Positions 7,925 through 17,598 are shown, counted from the stretch's first letter. The stretch: 47,175 bases of DNA from an uncultured Ruminococcus sp. (GCA_964483225.1 CAZABU010000003.1:1-47175), one strand, 5' to 3'. The notes: generated by a model from the sequence alone, not told the origin. Made by a program: numbers and translations.

Positions 7925-10843
7925 ATGATAATCAATAAGAAAACCTCCCTTGGAAAAAAGCAGCTGGCGATAATCGTTACCGCCTCCGTTCTGGCTCTCC
8001 TTATCATCGCTTACGTGATAATCGGCGCGGTGATGGGCGCCACATCCTCTCCCTCGGATACCGATACTACCGAGCCCCCGCAGATCCGTGACGGCGAGTC
8101 CGTATACGGCAATTCCGCCGTGGCCTATCCCGTCTTTTACGAGTCGGCCATCAGGGAGATCGTTGTAAACAGCCACAACGGCACCTTCTCTATGAGCCGC
8201 AACGACGGCACCAATCCCTTCATCTTCTATTACGTTGACGAAAACGGCGAAACTCAGGTATATTACCCCGAGATCTGTAACGAGTCCGGCTTCGATTACA
8301 CCGCTCTTTACTCTATAGACCAGAGCGACAGCATGAAGATGTATAAGATCTCTTATCTTGCAAACGCCCTCGGCTTTATGTATTTCGGTGATAGAATAGA
8401 CCTGCCCGATAGATCCGATCCCGAGGAAAGAGCCGCCGCCCTTGCCCGCTACGGTCTCTCCGAGGAGGACAGAGAGGGTATCGAGGTGACCTACGTCGAC
8501 GGTGACGGAGAGGAGCAGACCATCGTTATCTTCGTTGGCGACAGGCTCATATCCGGAATCGGCTATTACTTCCTCGTCAGTGGCAGAGATTATATCTACA
8601 CCGGTATCAACAACCGCTTTGATTACGCCCTCGGCGGCTTTGAGGACTTCCTGCACACAAGACTTGTGGCGGAGGGACTTGAGGCTGACGGCCTTTACGA
8701 GCCCTTCCTTGCTTCGGATTATAAGCAGTGGAAGAATCGCGTTTACTCCAAATCCCGTGACGACGGTGACGGTATATTCGACAGAGTCGTTGCCGGAGCA
8801 ACCGTTGTTGGCAGGGGCAGTCTTGATACTCCCATCTACGATAACGACGCTCTGGATGAGGACAGCACCGACGGCTATAACAGAGGCACAAAGAAGCTCC
8901 TGTCCGTAAATCTCAACGATATTAAGGATTATCCCGAGTTCTCCCGACTTGCCGCCGCCCTTACGGGGAAGGCTGTGGGCAGCTATGAGGACAAGATCGT
9001 GGCCTCTGTGATCTCCGATACGCTCAGCGTAGACTTCGGCGACGGGCAGACCGCCACCTACACCTATCACGTGACCGCGGTTGAGTCAATTCTCACCGCA
9101 AACGGCGAATACCTTACCGATGCGGCCTACACCGCCTCCGGTGAGAGCGCCACTATGCTCAAGGTGACCTACGACCTCTACCTTGGCGGCGAGAAGAAGA
9201 ACGAGGCTCCCCTTCACGGCATCCTTGATCTCTCCGACGCTACCGTTCCCGCCGCGGCGATAGCGGCTCTGTCTGCAGAGAGCATCGGGGATACCGACGT
9301 CACCTTCGACGTCACCTACGATAAGAATACCGCTACCTCCAAGGCCTATACCTACGTTATTTCCGAGATCCTGCTTATCTGCGAGATCGACGAGGCAGGC
9401 AGAGGCGTATATACTGATACCGTCACCGAGTCCTCGGTGGTTACCTACCGCTACTATTATATGGTTGACGGAGTAAAGATCGGCAGCGAGAGCAGCCGCA
9501 CCGTTGCTTTGTCTGAGATCACTTCCGGCGACGACCTTACCATCAAGGAAAAGCTCCTCGGTAAGGGCACCGGCAGCACCGGTGAGCTGAAGGCGCTTGA
9601 GGACGTCATCTACTGTCAGGTGATGATGAACTTCGATACCTACACCTTCGACACCGTGGAATATTACGTCACCTCCGAGCTTATGACCTCCTTCGAGTTC
9701 GTCAATGCCTCGGACAGAGATCCCTTCTACGGCGAGTCCCTGTATAAAAACACTCTCCCCGCAGGCCACAAGAACTACGGCTATGCGCTGAACGCCTCCG
9801 CCTGCGAGACGGTGGTGAAGCTGCTCGGCGGAATTTCCGGCGAGACCTCCCAGTATTCCGAGGGACTTCTCGGTGCTGAGTGCGTTGCCGTGGGAATCAC
9901 CCCTGCAAATATGGCTAAGTACGGCCTCTACGCTTACACCGTCTACTTCGAGCTGCCCCGCGGCATTGAGGTTGCTCCCAAGGAGGAGGACGATGCCGAT
10001 TCTGCAGACGATTATATATCCCTTTCCAATCTCGGCTTCACGCTTTATATCAGCGAGCCCGACGAGGACGGAATGAGATACGTCGGCTCGGATATGTACG
10101 ATATAATTGTGAAGATAGACGGCGCGACCTTTGATTACCTTGATAACGGCTTTGCCGATTTCTGGGCAAGGCGCAGTCTGGTAATGGTCGGCTACGAGGA
10201 TATCGACAATATGACCGTCGATCTTTATATGGACGACCTGTACGGCAGCTATAACCTTGAGATGGTTCACGAAACCGTATGGATCTCCGGCAACCAGCAT
10301 CTGACCGAAAAGCCCGAGAGCGGCGGCCAGGAATACGATTTCCTCACCGTCAACGTGTCTATGACGGGTGCCTGCACCGAGACCGCCTTCTCCCGTTATA
10401 TCGAGAGCGAGGGCCTCACGAAGCTGAGCCTTGCGGCGATCTACAACAAGGTTGCGGGTCTTACCGGAAATCAGGGCCTTACCTACGGCCACGATACCTT
10501 CGGAACGTCCAACTTCAAGGATTTCCTGACGGTAATGTTCAGCACCTATTACGGCGACACTCTGACCGCCGAGGAAAAGGCGCTGGCAAGCGAGGATAAC
10601 CGACTGATGAGAATTTCCTTCACGGTTACCGACTCCTCGCCCTATCCTTACGTCTACGAGTTCTATCGCATAGACGATAGACGCGTTATGGTCAGCATCA
10701 CTCAGACCGGCGGCTCCGGCCAGACGGTGATGAGAGTCGATGATTTCTATATCTCCACCTTTGCCTTCAAGAAGATCGTGCGCAACTTCACCGAGCTGCT
10801 CAACGGCGTATCCTTGAATCCCGACGTAGGATACGGAGATTGA
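7925..10843 (+). CDS. Large N-terminally anchored extracytoplasmic protein, DUF4340-like by operon position
   Basis: 972 aa with a single N-terminal TM (LAIIVTASVLALLIIAYVIIGAV), then an acidic Thr/Tyr/Asp-rich sequence. An AGGAGG RBS is present. It occupies the position that DUF4340 proteins usually hold after GldG-like genes. The family call is from context, not from a motif. Confidence 0.5.
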   Translation: MIINKKTSLGKKQLAIIVTASVLALLIIAYVIIGAVMGATSSPSDTDTTEPPQIRDGESVYGNSAVAYPVFYESAIREIVVNSHNGTFSMSRNDGTNPFIFYYVDENGETQVYYPEICNESGFDYTALYSIDQSDSMKMYKISYLANALGFMYFGDRIDLPDRSDPEERAAALARYGLSEEDREGIEVTYVDGDGEEQTIVIFVGDRLISGIGYYFLVSGRDYIYTGINNRFDYALGGFEDFLHTRLVAEGLEADGLYEPFLASDYKQWKNRVYSKSRDDGDGIFDRVVAGATVVGRGSLDTPIYDNDALDEDSTDGYNRGTKKLLSVNLNDIKDYPEFSRLAAALTGKAVGSYEDKIVASVISDTLSVDFGDGQTATYTYHVTAVESILTANGEYLTDAAYTASGESATMLKVTYDLYLGGEKKNEAPLHGILDLSDATVPAAAIAALSAESIGDTDVTFDVTYDKNTATSKAYTYVISEILLICEIDEAGRGVYTDTVTESSVVTYRYYYMVDGVKIGSESSRTVALSEITSGDDLTIKEKLLGKGTGSTGELKALEDVIYCQVMMNFDTYTFDTVEYYVTSELMTSFEFVNASDRDPFYGESLYKNTLPAGHKNYGYALNASACETVVKLLGGISGETSQYSEGLLGAECVAVGITPANMAKYGLYAYTVYFELPRGIEVAPKEEDDADSADDYISLSNLGFTLYISEPDEDGMRYVGSDMYDIIVKIDGATFDYLDNGFADFWARRSLVMVGYEDIDNMTVDLYMDDLYGSYNLEMVHETVWISGNQHLTEKPESGGQEYDFLTVNVSMTGACTETAFSRYIESEGLTKLSLAAIYNKVAGLTGNQGLTYGHDTFGTSNFKDFLTVMFSTYYGDTLTAEEKALASEDNRLMRISFTVTDSSPYPYVYEFYRIDDRRVMVSITQTGGSGQTVMRVDDFYISTFAFKKIVRNFTELLNGVSLNPDVGYGD

Positions 10844-10908
10844 TACTGCTTCGGACACCGATTTTCCCTTATAAATGGAAAAAATATATAAAAATATATA
10901 AAAAAGGT

Positions 10909-10937
10909 TTGCATTTTCCGAAATAGTATGTTATAAT
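10909..10937 (+). promoter_or_regulatory. Near-consensus sigma-A promoter (TTGCAT-17-TGtTATAAT) with an upstream A/T-rich tandem 10-mer
   Basis: TTGCAT is at 10909-10914 and TATAAT at 10932-10937, with a TGt extension. AAAATATATA occurs twice at 10881-10900 and looks like an UP element. The leader contains the stem-loop GGGCAGG-N8-CCTGCCC at 10956-10977. Confidence 0.65.
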
Positions 10938-11007
10938 TATCTTTGCTCAATAAAAGGGCAGGTCCCAGAGCCTGCCCGAATTGAAATATTATATAAGGAT
11001 GAAAGAT

Positions 11008-13284
11008 ATGAAAAAGAGAATTATCGCTGCGATCGTTGCTATGGTAATGCTCGTTCTTTCTCTCGCGAGCTGCGGCAGCTTTAACTTCGCGGAAGAGAAT
11101 CTGGATGGCTACGTAGTATTCGACGCCGACGCTTTCAAGAAAGCGCTTGCAACAATTGAGGTCGAGGACGAGGACTTTACCACCGATGAGACCGTCCGCG
11201 CGCAGAAGGTCGTTGATGACCTTTACGCCACCCTTACCGCCGCTATGATCAAGGCTGCCGGCGATGAGGATAAGATCAAGAACGGCACCCCCTCCGAGCG
11301 TGACGCCGTTTACTTCTGCTACTACTGCGTAGATGCAGACGGCAACGTGTTCTACACCTCTCAGATGAAGGACAGCACCGTTACCGCTTCTACTACCAAG
11401 GCAAATCACCTGGTTCAGCTCGTTGATTACGATGAGGATAACGAGCTTCAGTCTGCTATCGCCGAGGCGCTTCTCGCTGCTATCGGTGAGGGCAAGGAGT
11501 TCTCCGAGTATAAGATCAACACCACCAATGGCACCGCGGTAAACACCAAGACCGAGGGTGAGGGCGAGAATGCCAAGACCCCCGACACCGTAGTCGTTTC
11601 CTACAAGGTGACCTACGAGCTTCCCGCAGTTGACGAGGACGGCAACCCCGTGTTTGACGATGATAACAACCCCACCTACGACTCCTACACCAAGGTCGTA
11701 AACTATGAGGAGATCGACCTTTCCGCAGATACCCCTCTCGCTACCTACCTTCGCGGCGACGAGGTTACTATGACCGTCGGCAACAAGGCGTATATCACCG
11801 AGGGTGAGGGCGAGGGCGCAACAAAGAACTATACCCTCAAGGTTACCGAAACCGTTGATGAGAACGAGGGCGTTGTTTGCAGCTACACCGAGTTCACCGT
11901 TCAGTGGATCGTAGAGGAGAAGCCCGACGAGGCTTACGTTACCGTAAAGCACACTCCCTACACCTCCTCCAACAGCATTGAGCCTGATAACAGACACAAC
12001 ACCAGCTCCAAGGTTGACCTCAACGACAAGGAGCTCACCTACTACATCTACCCCGTATATTACGTATCCGTTCCCGAGATCTCCGCTACCTCTATTATGA
12101 AGAACATTCTCGGCAAGAACATTTCCGCCACCACTATTGAGATCTTCGAGAGCGAGGAGTACAAGGCCGGCGATAAGACCGTCAAGGCTATGATCGAAAC
12201 TCTCGTTAAGACCTGGGGCGAGGACGAGGATACTCTTAAGACCCTTAAGGTTACCGTTGATAACGCCGAGAAGACCCTCTATGATCTCCACGAGGCATAT
12301 AACGAGGCGGCTGATGCCGTAACCGCGGCAGGCGACAATGCCACTGACGAGCAGAATACCGCTAAGGAAACCACCAAGAAGGCTTACGACGATGCTCTTG
12401 ATGCCGAGATCGATAAGCAGATCGCAAGCATTCTCACCGCTACCAAGGCAGATGCAAAGGCTATCTCCGAGGTTATCGTTGAGCAGTACAAGAGCGACAT
12501 CATTTACAAGAAGCTCAAGGACACCTACGACAACGATATGATCGAGAAGGTGGGCGCAGAGGTTTGGAAGCTCATTGAGAAGTACGCTGTCATCCACGAT
12601 TATCCCGCAGATCTCGTCGAGGAGTTCGTTGATCACCTCTACGAGGGCTATGAGAATGAGTTCTACACCGGCGATAAGGATTCCAGCACCACCAACTACG
12701 ACTACTACGGCGATCTCAACACATACCTCGTAGCTCAGGTAGGCGAGGACGTTGACGCAGGCCTCGAGAAGGAGGCTAAGGCTGCTATTGATCCTATGCT
12801 CAAGATCTACGCCGCTGCAAAGGCTCTCGAGTCCGACGCGGTTGCTGCTCTTACCTTATACGTCGAGAAGGATATAGCCGCCGGCGTTTACGACGCAGAC
12901 TACGAGTACAACGATTCTCTCTCCGAGAAGAAGAATGAGAAGAAGAAGGCCGAGGCAGAGAAGGCCGCAGAGGAGGCTAAGGCTGAGGCTCTTGAGGATG
13001 CCACCAAGTTTGTCGTTACCGACAAGGTCTTCAAGGAATACAAGAAGGACATCGGTAAGGCCACCTACAGAGTATGGGAGGAGCAGTACGGCGAGATCAA
13101 CATTCGCCTTGCCCTTCAGAGCAACCGCCTGTTCTACTATCTGCTTGCTACCGACATTGCAAAGAACGAGGATGGCGACCTTGAGGTATCCTACGCCACC
13201 GTTGGCGAGGGCGAGAGCGCAACCAAGGTCATCAGCTTCAGAACCTTCACCTACTCCATCAAGGCAGAGACCGACGCTGAATAA
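11008..13284 (+). CDS. Lipoprotein, acidic, with a trigger-factor-C-terminal-like helical region (paralog of 13934..15715)
   Basis: The signal peptide plus lipobox reads MKKRIIAAIVAMVMLVLSLAS|C. The protein is 758 aa, with recurring T/V-(E)GEGE motifs and a C-terminal Lys/Glu/Ala helical region. I chose the ATG at 11008 behind an AAGGA RBS. Confidence 0.65.
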   Translation: MKKRIIAAIVAMVMLVLSLASCGSFNFAEENLDGYVVFDADAFKKALATIEVEDEDFTTDETVRAQKVVDDLYATLTAAMIKAAGDEDKIKNGTPSERDAVYFCYYCVDADGNVFYTSQMKDSTVTASTTKANHLVQLVDYDEDNELQSAIAEALLAAIGEGKEFSEYKINTTNGTAVNTKTEGEGENAKTPDTVVVSYKVTYELPAVDEDGNPVFDDDNNPTYDSYTKVVNYEEIDLSADTPLATYLRGDEVTMTVGNKAYITEGEGEGATKNYTLKVTETVDENEGVVCSYTEFTVQWIVEEKPDEAYVTVKHTPYTSSNSIEPDNRHNTSSKVDLNDKELTYYIYPVYYVSVPEISATSIMKNILGKNISATTIEIFESEEYKAGDKTVKAMIETLVKTWGEDEDTLKTLKVTVDNAEKTLYDLHEAYNEAADAVTAAGDNATDEQNTAKETTKKAYDDALDAEIDKQIASILTATKADAKAISEVIVEQYKSDIIYKKLKDTYDNDMIEKVGAEVWKLIEKYAVIHDYPADLVEEFVDHLYEGYENEFYTGDKDSSTTNYDYYGDLNTYLVAQVGEDVDAGLEKEAKAAIDPMLKIYAAAKALESDAVAALTLYVEKDIAAGVYDADYEYNDSLSEKKNEKKKAEAEKAAEEAKAEALEDATKFVVTDKVFKEYKKDIGKATYRVWEEQYGEINIRLALQSNRLFYYLLATDIAKNEDGDLEVSYATVGEGESATKVISFRTFTYSIKAETDAE

Positions 13285-13325
13285 AAATCACTTTTGCCTG
13301 CGAGTCCTGCAGGTGGAAAATGAAA

Positions 13326-13354
13326 ACGGACGAAGACCCTTCGTCCGTTTTCTT
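13326..13354 (+). terminator. Rho-independent terminator
   Basis: A perfect 10-bp stem ACGGACGAAG / CTTCGTCCGT with a 3-nt loop is followed by TTTTCTT. Confidence 0.8.
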
Positions 13355-13435
13355 AAAATGTAAAAAGAAATTCGTTTTGCGCAAAAAGAGAGGGCGGCGA
13401 TCCCCTCGCTGATATTTACCGAAAGGAAGACGGGA

Positions 13436-13870
13436 ATGAAGGAAGTATCGTTATATACCGACGGCGCCTGTCGGGGAAATCCCGGACGTGGCGGCTGGGG
13501 CGCAATTCTCGTTTACGGGAAATATGAGCGCGAGCTTTCGGGCGGCGAGCCCGAGACCACAAACAACAGAATGGAGCTTATGGCGGCGATAGCCGGTCTT
13601 TCTGCGCTGAAGGAGCCCTGTGCCGTGACCCTCTATTCCGACTCCAAGTACCTCGTTGACGCCTATACGCAGGGCTGGGTATATTCCTGGCGCAAGCAGG
13701 GCTGGAGGCGAGGCCGCGAGGAGCTGAAAAACCCCGACCTTTGGGAGCGCCTTTATGCCCTCACCGAGCTGCACGAGGTAAGCTTCGTGTGGGTCAAGGG
13801 CCATAACGGACACGACTACAACGAGCGTTGCGACAAGCTGGCGACTGATTTCGCCGACTCCTTTGTATGA
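13436..13870 (+). CDS. rnhA: Ribonuclease HI
   Basis: The sequence [19 protein letters not shown]...[11 protein letters not shown]...LYSDSKYLV...[18 protein letters not shown] carries the DEDD catalytic residues in canonical RNase H1 spacing. Confidence 0.92.
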   Translation: MKEVSLYTDGACRGNPGRGGWGAILVYGKYERELSGGEPETTNNRMELMAAIAGLSALKEPCAVTLYSDSKYLVDAYTQGWVYSWRKQGWRRGREELKNPDLWERLYALTELHEVSFVWVKGHNGHDYNERCDKLATDFADSFV

Positions 13871-13892
13871 TGCGACGGTTATATAATATAAT
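13863..13892 (+). promoter_or_regulatory. Possible sigma-A promoter (TTGTAT-18-TATAAT) overlapping the rnhA stop
   Basis: TTGTAT is at 13863-13868 and TATAAT at 13887-13892, about 40 nt upstream of the ATG at 13934. Confidence 0.35.
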
Positions 13893-13933
13893 GTAGAATG
13901 CTGCGCCCCCGAGGTGTGGAAAGGATTTTATTT

Positions 13934-15715
13934 ATGAAGAAGAAAAATATTGGCCCCGACAAGGAGGTCCACTCGGCAAAGGAACCGAAGGTGGCATCCC
14001 GATGGAGCAAAATGACGAAGAAAAAGCGCATACTTACCGTAGTGATCTCTGTGGTCACCCTCCTTGCGGTGGCGGCGGCAATCGTGCTGCCCATCGTTCT
14101 GCTCTCCGACGGAGACGACAAGAACTTTGAGTACACCACCGCCGATCTGACGAAATACGTTGACTTCTCCGCCGGCTCCTATAAGGATTACACTCTGGAC
14201 ATCGATATCGCCCTTCCCAAGGACATCGACCCCGACGTGGCTATGCTTAATATGCTGGCGAGGGACGCCTCGACCGAGCCCGAATTTGACGGCGCCTACA
14301 AAAAGACCGAGCCGGTTACCCCCGGTGACGTGGTTCATATCTGGTACCGTGGCTATCTCCTTGACGAGAACGGCGAGGAGCTGAGCGTTTCGGGTATGTG
14401 CAACTACGGCAACTCGTCACCCACCGCTCTTACCATAGGCTCGGGTAGCTTCGTTCCCGGCTTCGAGCTTAATCTGCTTGGAAAGATGCCTCACGGCTAT
14501 ACTAATTTCAAGATTACAAGCGGCGAGGTTAAGGAAACCCAGATAGCTTACGTCAGCTACTCTCTCTACACAGAGGGTGAGGACGAGGACGACGCTAAAA
14601 AGAGCACCACCGTAAGAGTGGATATGTCCTCCGACGAGGTGGATGAAAAGATGGGCGAGGGCTTTAAGGAGCGCCTGCTTGGCAGAACCATCGGCGAGGA
14701 GCTTGCCTTCGATACCGTAAAGAACGGAAAGACCCAGCATTACATCAATTTCAAGGTCGATTTCGTTACCGAAAAGGAGCCCAACGCCTACGTCGTTGAG
14801 TGCTACTTCCCCTATGATTACAGCTCGTCGAGCCTGGCAAATCAGACCGCTTACTTTGAGGTCATCATAGTACAGACTCAGATCTACGACACTCCCGATT
14901 ATACCTATGAGCAGGACGCGGACGGCAAGTACCGCTTTAACCTCACCAACGAGTATATAGAGCAGAAGCTCGCCGAGGATGACAGCCCCATAACCCTCGA
15001 GGAGCTTATGGAGTACGAGGGCGAGGAGCTCTGGCAGAAGTACAGAGCCTACGCCGAGGCCTATTTGATGGATGCTTACGAGGAGAATCGCCGCGCTCTT
15101 ATCGAAGAGGAGATGTGGACTTATTATCTCAAGTATGCAAAGATCTTAAAGTACCCTCAGAACAAGGTTGACGCCGTTTACCGCGAGTATTACGACGACG
15201 TGCTCTATCAGTATGAGTACACCGGCGGCAGTATTTCTCTTGGCTATGACTCCGACTACGACGGAATCGACGATACCGAGTATTACGACAACATCGACGA
15301 TTTCGCAGAGGCCTATCTCGGCCTTTACTATTCCGAAACCGAATGGAAGGACTATCTTCGCAGCCTTTCGGAGAGCCTTGTGGCGGAAAGACTTATCCTC
15401 TACTATATAATGCAGCAGGAAAACCTAACCCCCACCGAGGAGGAATTTGAGCAGAGGCTCGCCGCCTTGAAGCAGGAGTATATAGACGAGTATCTGTTGC
15501 AGTATGCCGAGGAGTTCGAGGTCGACACCTCGAAATACACCGAGGAGGAATATGAGGAATACGTGGCAAAGAGGACAGAGGAGATCTTCGACTATTATGA
15601 TGAATCCTACTTCCGCGAAACAACGTATTATGAGATTGCGCTGGAAACTTTGATCACCTATCCTACGGTAACCACTATGGATGACAGAGAATCATCTCTC
15701 CCTCAGACTAAATAA
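13934..15715 (+). CDS. Membrane-anchored, exported trigger-factor-like protein with an FKBP-type PPIase domain
   Basis: A basic N-terminal tail is followed by a signal-anchor TM (ILTVVISVVTLLAVAAAIVLPIVLL). The block PGDVVHIWYRGYLLDENGEE...LTIGSGSFVPGFELNLLGK matches the trigger-factor FKBP signature (GDxVxIdy.G...lGsgxFIPGFE.qL.G). The C-terminal acidic helical region resembles the trigger-factor C domain. I moved the start to the ATG at 13934. Confidence 0.6.
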   Translation: MKKKNIGPDKEVHSAKEPKVASRWSKMTKKKRILTVVISVVTLLAVAAAIVLPIVLLSDGDDKNFEYTTADLTKYVDFSAGSYKDYTLDIDIALPKDIDPDVAMLNMLARDASTEPEFDGAYKKTEPVTPGDVVHIWYRGYLLDENGEELSVSGMCNYGNSSPTALTIGSGSFVPGFELNLLGKMPHGYTNFKITSGEVKETQIAYVSYSLYTEGEDEDDAKKSTTVRVDMSSDEVDEKMGEGFKERLLGRTIGEELAFDTVKNGKTQHYINFKVDFVTEKEPNAYVVECYFPYDYSSSSLANQTAYFEVIIVQTQIYDTPDYTYEQDADGKYRFNLTNEYIEQKLAEDDSPITLEELMEYEGEELWQKYRAYAEAYLMDAYEENRRALIEEEMWTYYLKYAKILKYPQNKVDAVYREYYDDVLYQYEYTGGSISLGYDSDYDGIDDTEYYDNIDDFAEAYLGLYYSETEWKDYLRSLSESLVAERLILYYIMQQENLTPTEEEFEQRLAALKQEYIDEYLLQYAEEFEVDTSKYTEEEYEEYVAKRTEEIFDYYDESYFRETTYYEIALETLITYPTVTTMDDRESSLPQTK

Positions 15716-15719
15716 AACA

Positions 15720-15763
15720 TAGGCGTTTTGCAAAGTAAAGCTTGCAAAACGCCTAATATTTTT
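15720..15763. terminator. Bidirectional rho-independent terminator between convergent genes
   Basis: A 14-bp stem TAGGCGTTTTGCAA / TTGCAAAACGCCTA is followed by ATATTTTT on the + strand and by an A/T-rich tail on the - strand. Confidence 0.8.
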
Positions 15764-15791
15764 GTAAAATCCTAAGCTATGTAAGCTGGGC

Positions 15792-17531
15792 TCATCTGCC
15801 CATTTTAAGGATCCTGTGCTTGTAGTTCATCTTCCCGTCGCGGAAGCCAAGCCGCGTTGCCTCGCGGTAAAGCTCCTCGGCTCTGCCTCTGTCGGTGGGC
15901 ATTCCCAGTCCCATCTCGCAGATACAGCCCAGGGTATAGGTTGCCGCCGGGTGCCCCATCTCACGGCAGACCTCAAGCCGTTCTCTTGCTATATCCAGCT
16001 TCTTTTGGTAGAGCAGTCGCATAGCGGAGGAATAGAGCGAACGGAGCATAGCCTTGTATTTGTTTTCGTAAAGTCGGTAGAGCTCGGCATCTGCCGCCTC
16101 GCTTCCGGCGCGCTTCGCCGCGGAAAGGATCTCCACCGCCCGCCTGAAGTCGAAGCGTGTGCCGATGCCGCGCGCATAGCATCTGCCGAGGTGGTATCTC
16201 GCCTCCTCGTCGCCCTCGCCGAGGGCGTATTCATACCAGAGGAAGGCCGCCCGTCGATCCTTGCCGATGCCACAGCCGCGCTCCAGCATATCCGCAAGAC
16301 GGCAGTAGGCAGGCAGGTATCCCATGGAGGCCGATACGGCAAAGCAGCGGAAGGCCTCGGTCGGGTCATCTGCGTTTGCGGCGGCGCGGTTGAAGTAGTC
16401 CTCTCTGGCGGTGATGATCTCCTCCGCCTTCAAGCGGCAGGCGGCGTGCCCCTCCTTCGCCCCTTCGGTGTAGTATTCCAGCGCAAGAGGGTAATCGGCA
16501 TCGACGAGCTTGCCCTCGGAGTAAATGTCGCCGAGGATCTCATAGGATGAGCCCTCGCCAAGCTCGGCCGCCTTTTTGTAGCAGTCGAGAGCTGCCTCGG
16601 TGTTCTTTTCGGCAAGCTCGCCCTTCATATAGATGTCGCCGAGAGCACGTGCCGCCGCCGAGCTTCCCGCATCTGCCGCCTCTGCCAGCAGCTTCAGCGC
16701 CTCACCGACCTCGGGAGTATTCAGACCAACGCCTCGGAGCAGCCTTTCGGCGTGGCGGAACATATCGCTCGCATCGCCGCCTTGGGCTAACAGCTTTGAT
16801 ATACCCAGCTCCGCTGTGGGGAGCTTGTATTTTTCCGCATCCGTCAGCAGGGCGCGGAGTATCTTTTCTCTATTAACAAAGGCGATAGTGGCAGGCTTCT
16901 CCGCCGTTGCGCCTCTGAGTCGATATACCAGCTTCAGGGCGTAGATCGGCGGCATTCCCAGCTTATCCATATACCATTTTGCGTGACTTTCGTTCTTTGG
17001 AACGCCCACGCCGTCAGCGTACATCTTCGCCATATCCACCGTAGCCTCGGGATCGCCGTCCTCGGCGGAAAGGGCGCAGTAATAGGCGGCGGTATGCTCG
17101 TCGCCGCGGCTTTCGTAAAGCTCGGAGGCCGCGCGGTAAGCTGTGGCACAGCCGAGTAGGGCTGAGTAAGCCGTCCAGAAGTCGGCGGCTCTGACGCTGG
17201 TACGCGAAGCCAGTCTTCCGTAGCGGTAGGCGCCAAGGGGCGAGTTCTTCCTTGCCGCGGCGTAGAAATATTTCATCGCCAGATCAAGGTCCTTGAGCAG
17301 CAGGATGCCGTTTTCAAGGATATCGCCGTAGGCGCATTCTCCCTCGGGGACGCCCTCGTCTGCCAGCTTGTGATATATTGAGGTAGCCTTGACGAAATCC
17401 CGCGCGCGCATCGCCTCGGCCGCTTGTCCGAGCCTGTCGGCTACGTCCTCGGTCGCACCGCCGTGAGTCTTGCACACGGGGCAGACCTGCGCCTCCTCGG
17501 GGATCCTTCGTCCACAGATATAGCAGTTCAT
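15792..17531 (-). CDS. Sel1-repeat (TPR-like) protein with an N-terminal zinc ribbon
   Basis: The N terminus reads MNCYICGRRIPEEAQVCPVCK (CxxC-N10-CxxC). It is followed by many ~36-aa Sel1-type repeats, for example MAKMYADGVGVPKNESHAKWYMDKL and LGDIYSEGKLVDADYPLALEYYTEGAKEG. There is no signal peptide. Confidence 0.8.
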   Translation of the reverse strand: MNCYICGRRIPEEAQVCPVCKTHGGATEDVADRLGQAAEAMRARDFVKATSIYHKLADEGVPEGECAYGDILENGILLLKDLDLAMKYFYAAARKNSPLGAYRYGRLASRTSVRAADFWTAYSALLGCATAYRAASELYESRGDEHTAAYYCALSAEDGDPEATVDMAKMYADGVGVPKNESHAKWYMDKLGMPPIYALKLVYRLRGATAEKPATIAFVNREKILRALLTDAEKYKLPTAELGISKLLAQGGDASDMFRHAERLLRGVGLNTPEVGEALKLLAEAADAGSSAAARALGDIYMKGELAEKNTEAALDCYKKAAELGEGSSYEILGDIYSEGKLVDADYPLALEYYTEGAKEGHAACRLKAEEIITAREDYFNRAAANADDPTEAFRCFAVSASMGYLPAYCRLADMLERGCGIGKDRRAAFLWYEYALGEGDEEARYHLGRCYARGIGTRFDFRRAVEILSAAKRAGSEAADAELYRLYENKYKAMLRSLYSSAMRLLYQKKLDIARERLEVCREMGHPAATYTLGCICEMGLGMPTDRGRAEELYREATRLGFRDGKMNYKHRILKMGR

Positions 17532-17559
17532 ATTGCCTCCGAAATCTCTTTATGTCTTT

Positions 17560-17588
17560 ATTTTACACTAATTTGTGATCTTTGTCAA
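17560..17588 (-). promoter_or_regulatory. Sigma-A promoter for the Sel1 gene (TTGACA-17-TAAAAT)
   Basis: The minus strand reads TTGACA (17588-17583), a 17-nt spacer, then TAAAAT (17565-17560). It sits back-to-back with the extended -10 element at 17590-17598. Confidence 0.55.
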
Positions 17589-17589
17589 T

Positions 17590-17598
17590 TGCTATAAT
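17590..17598 (+). promoter_or_regulatory. Extended -10 element (TGcTATAAT) for the small ORF
   Basis: TGCTATAAT is at 17590-17598, about 90 nt upstream of the ATG at 17687. Confidence 0.4.

Noticed and set aside
10881-10905. There is a tandem AAAATATATA repeat upstream of the lipoprotein promoter.
   Set aside because: With only two short A/T copies abutting the -35, it is best explained as an UP-like element and not as a CRISPR array or minisatellite.
7721-12636. Very long minus-strand ORFs (7721-9070, 9086-10858, 10747-12636) lie opposite the DUF4340-like and lipoprotein genes.
   Set aside because: They have no RBS or motif support and show a Gly/Val/Leu-rich antisense composition. The + strand products have signal or anchor sequences, tight operon spacing and strong RBSs.
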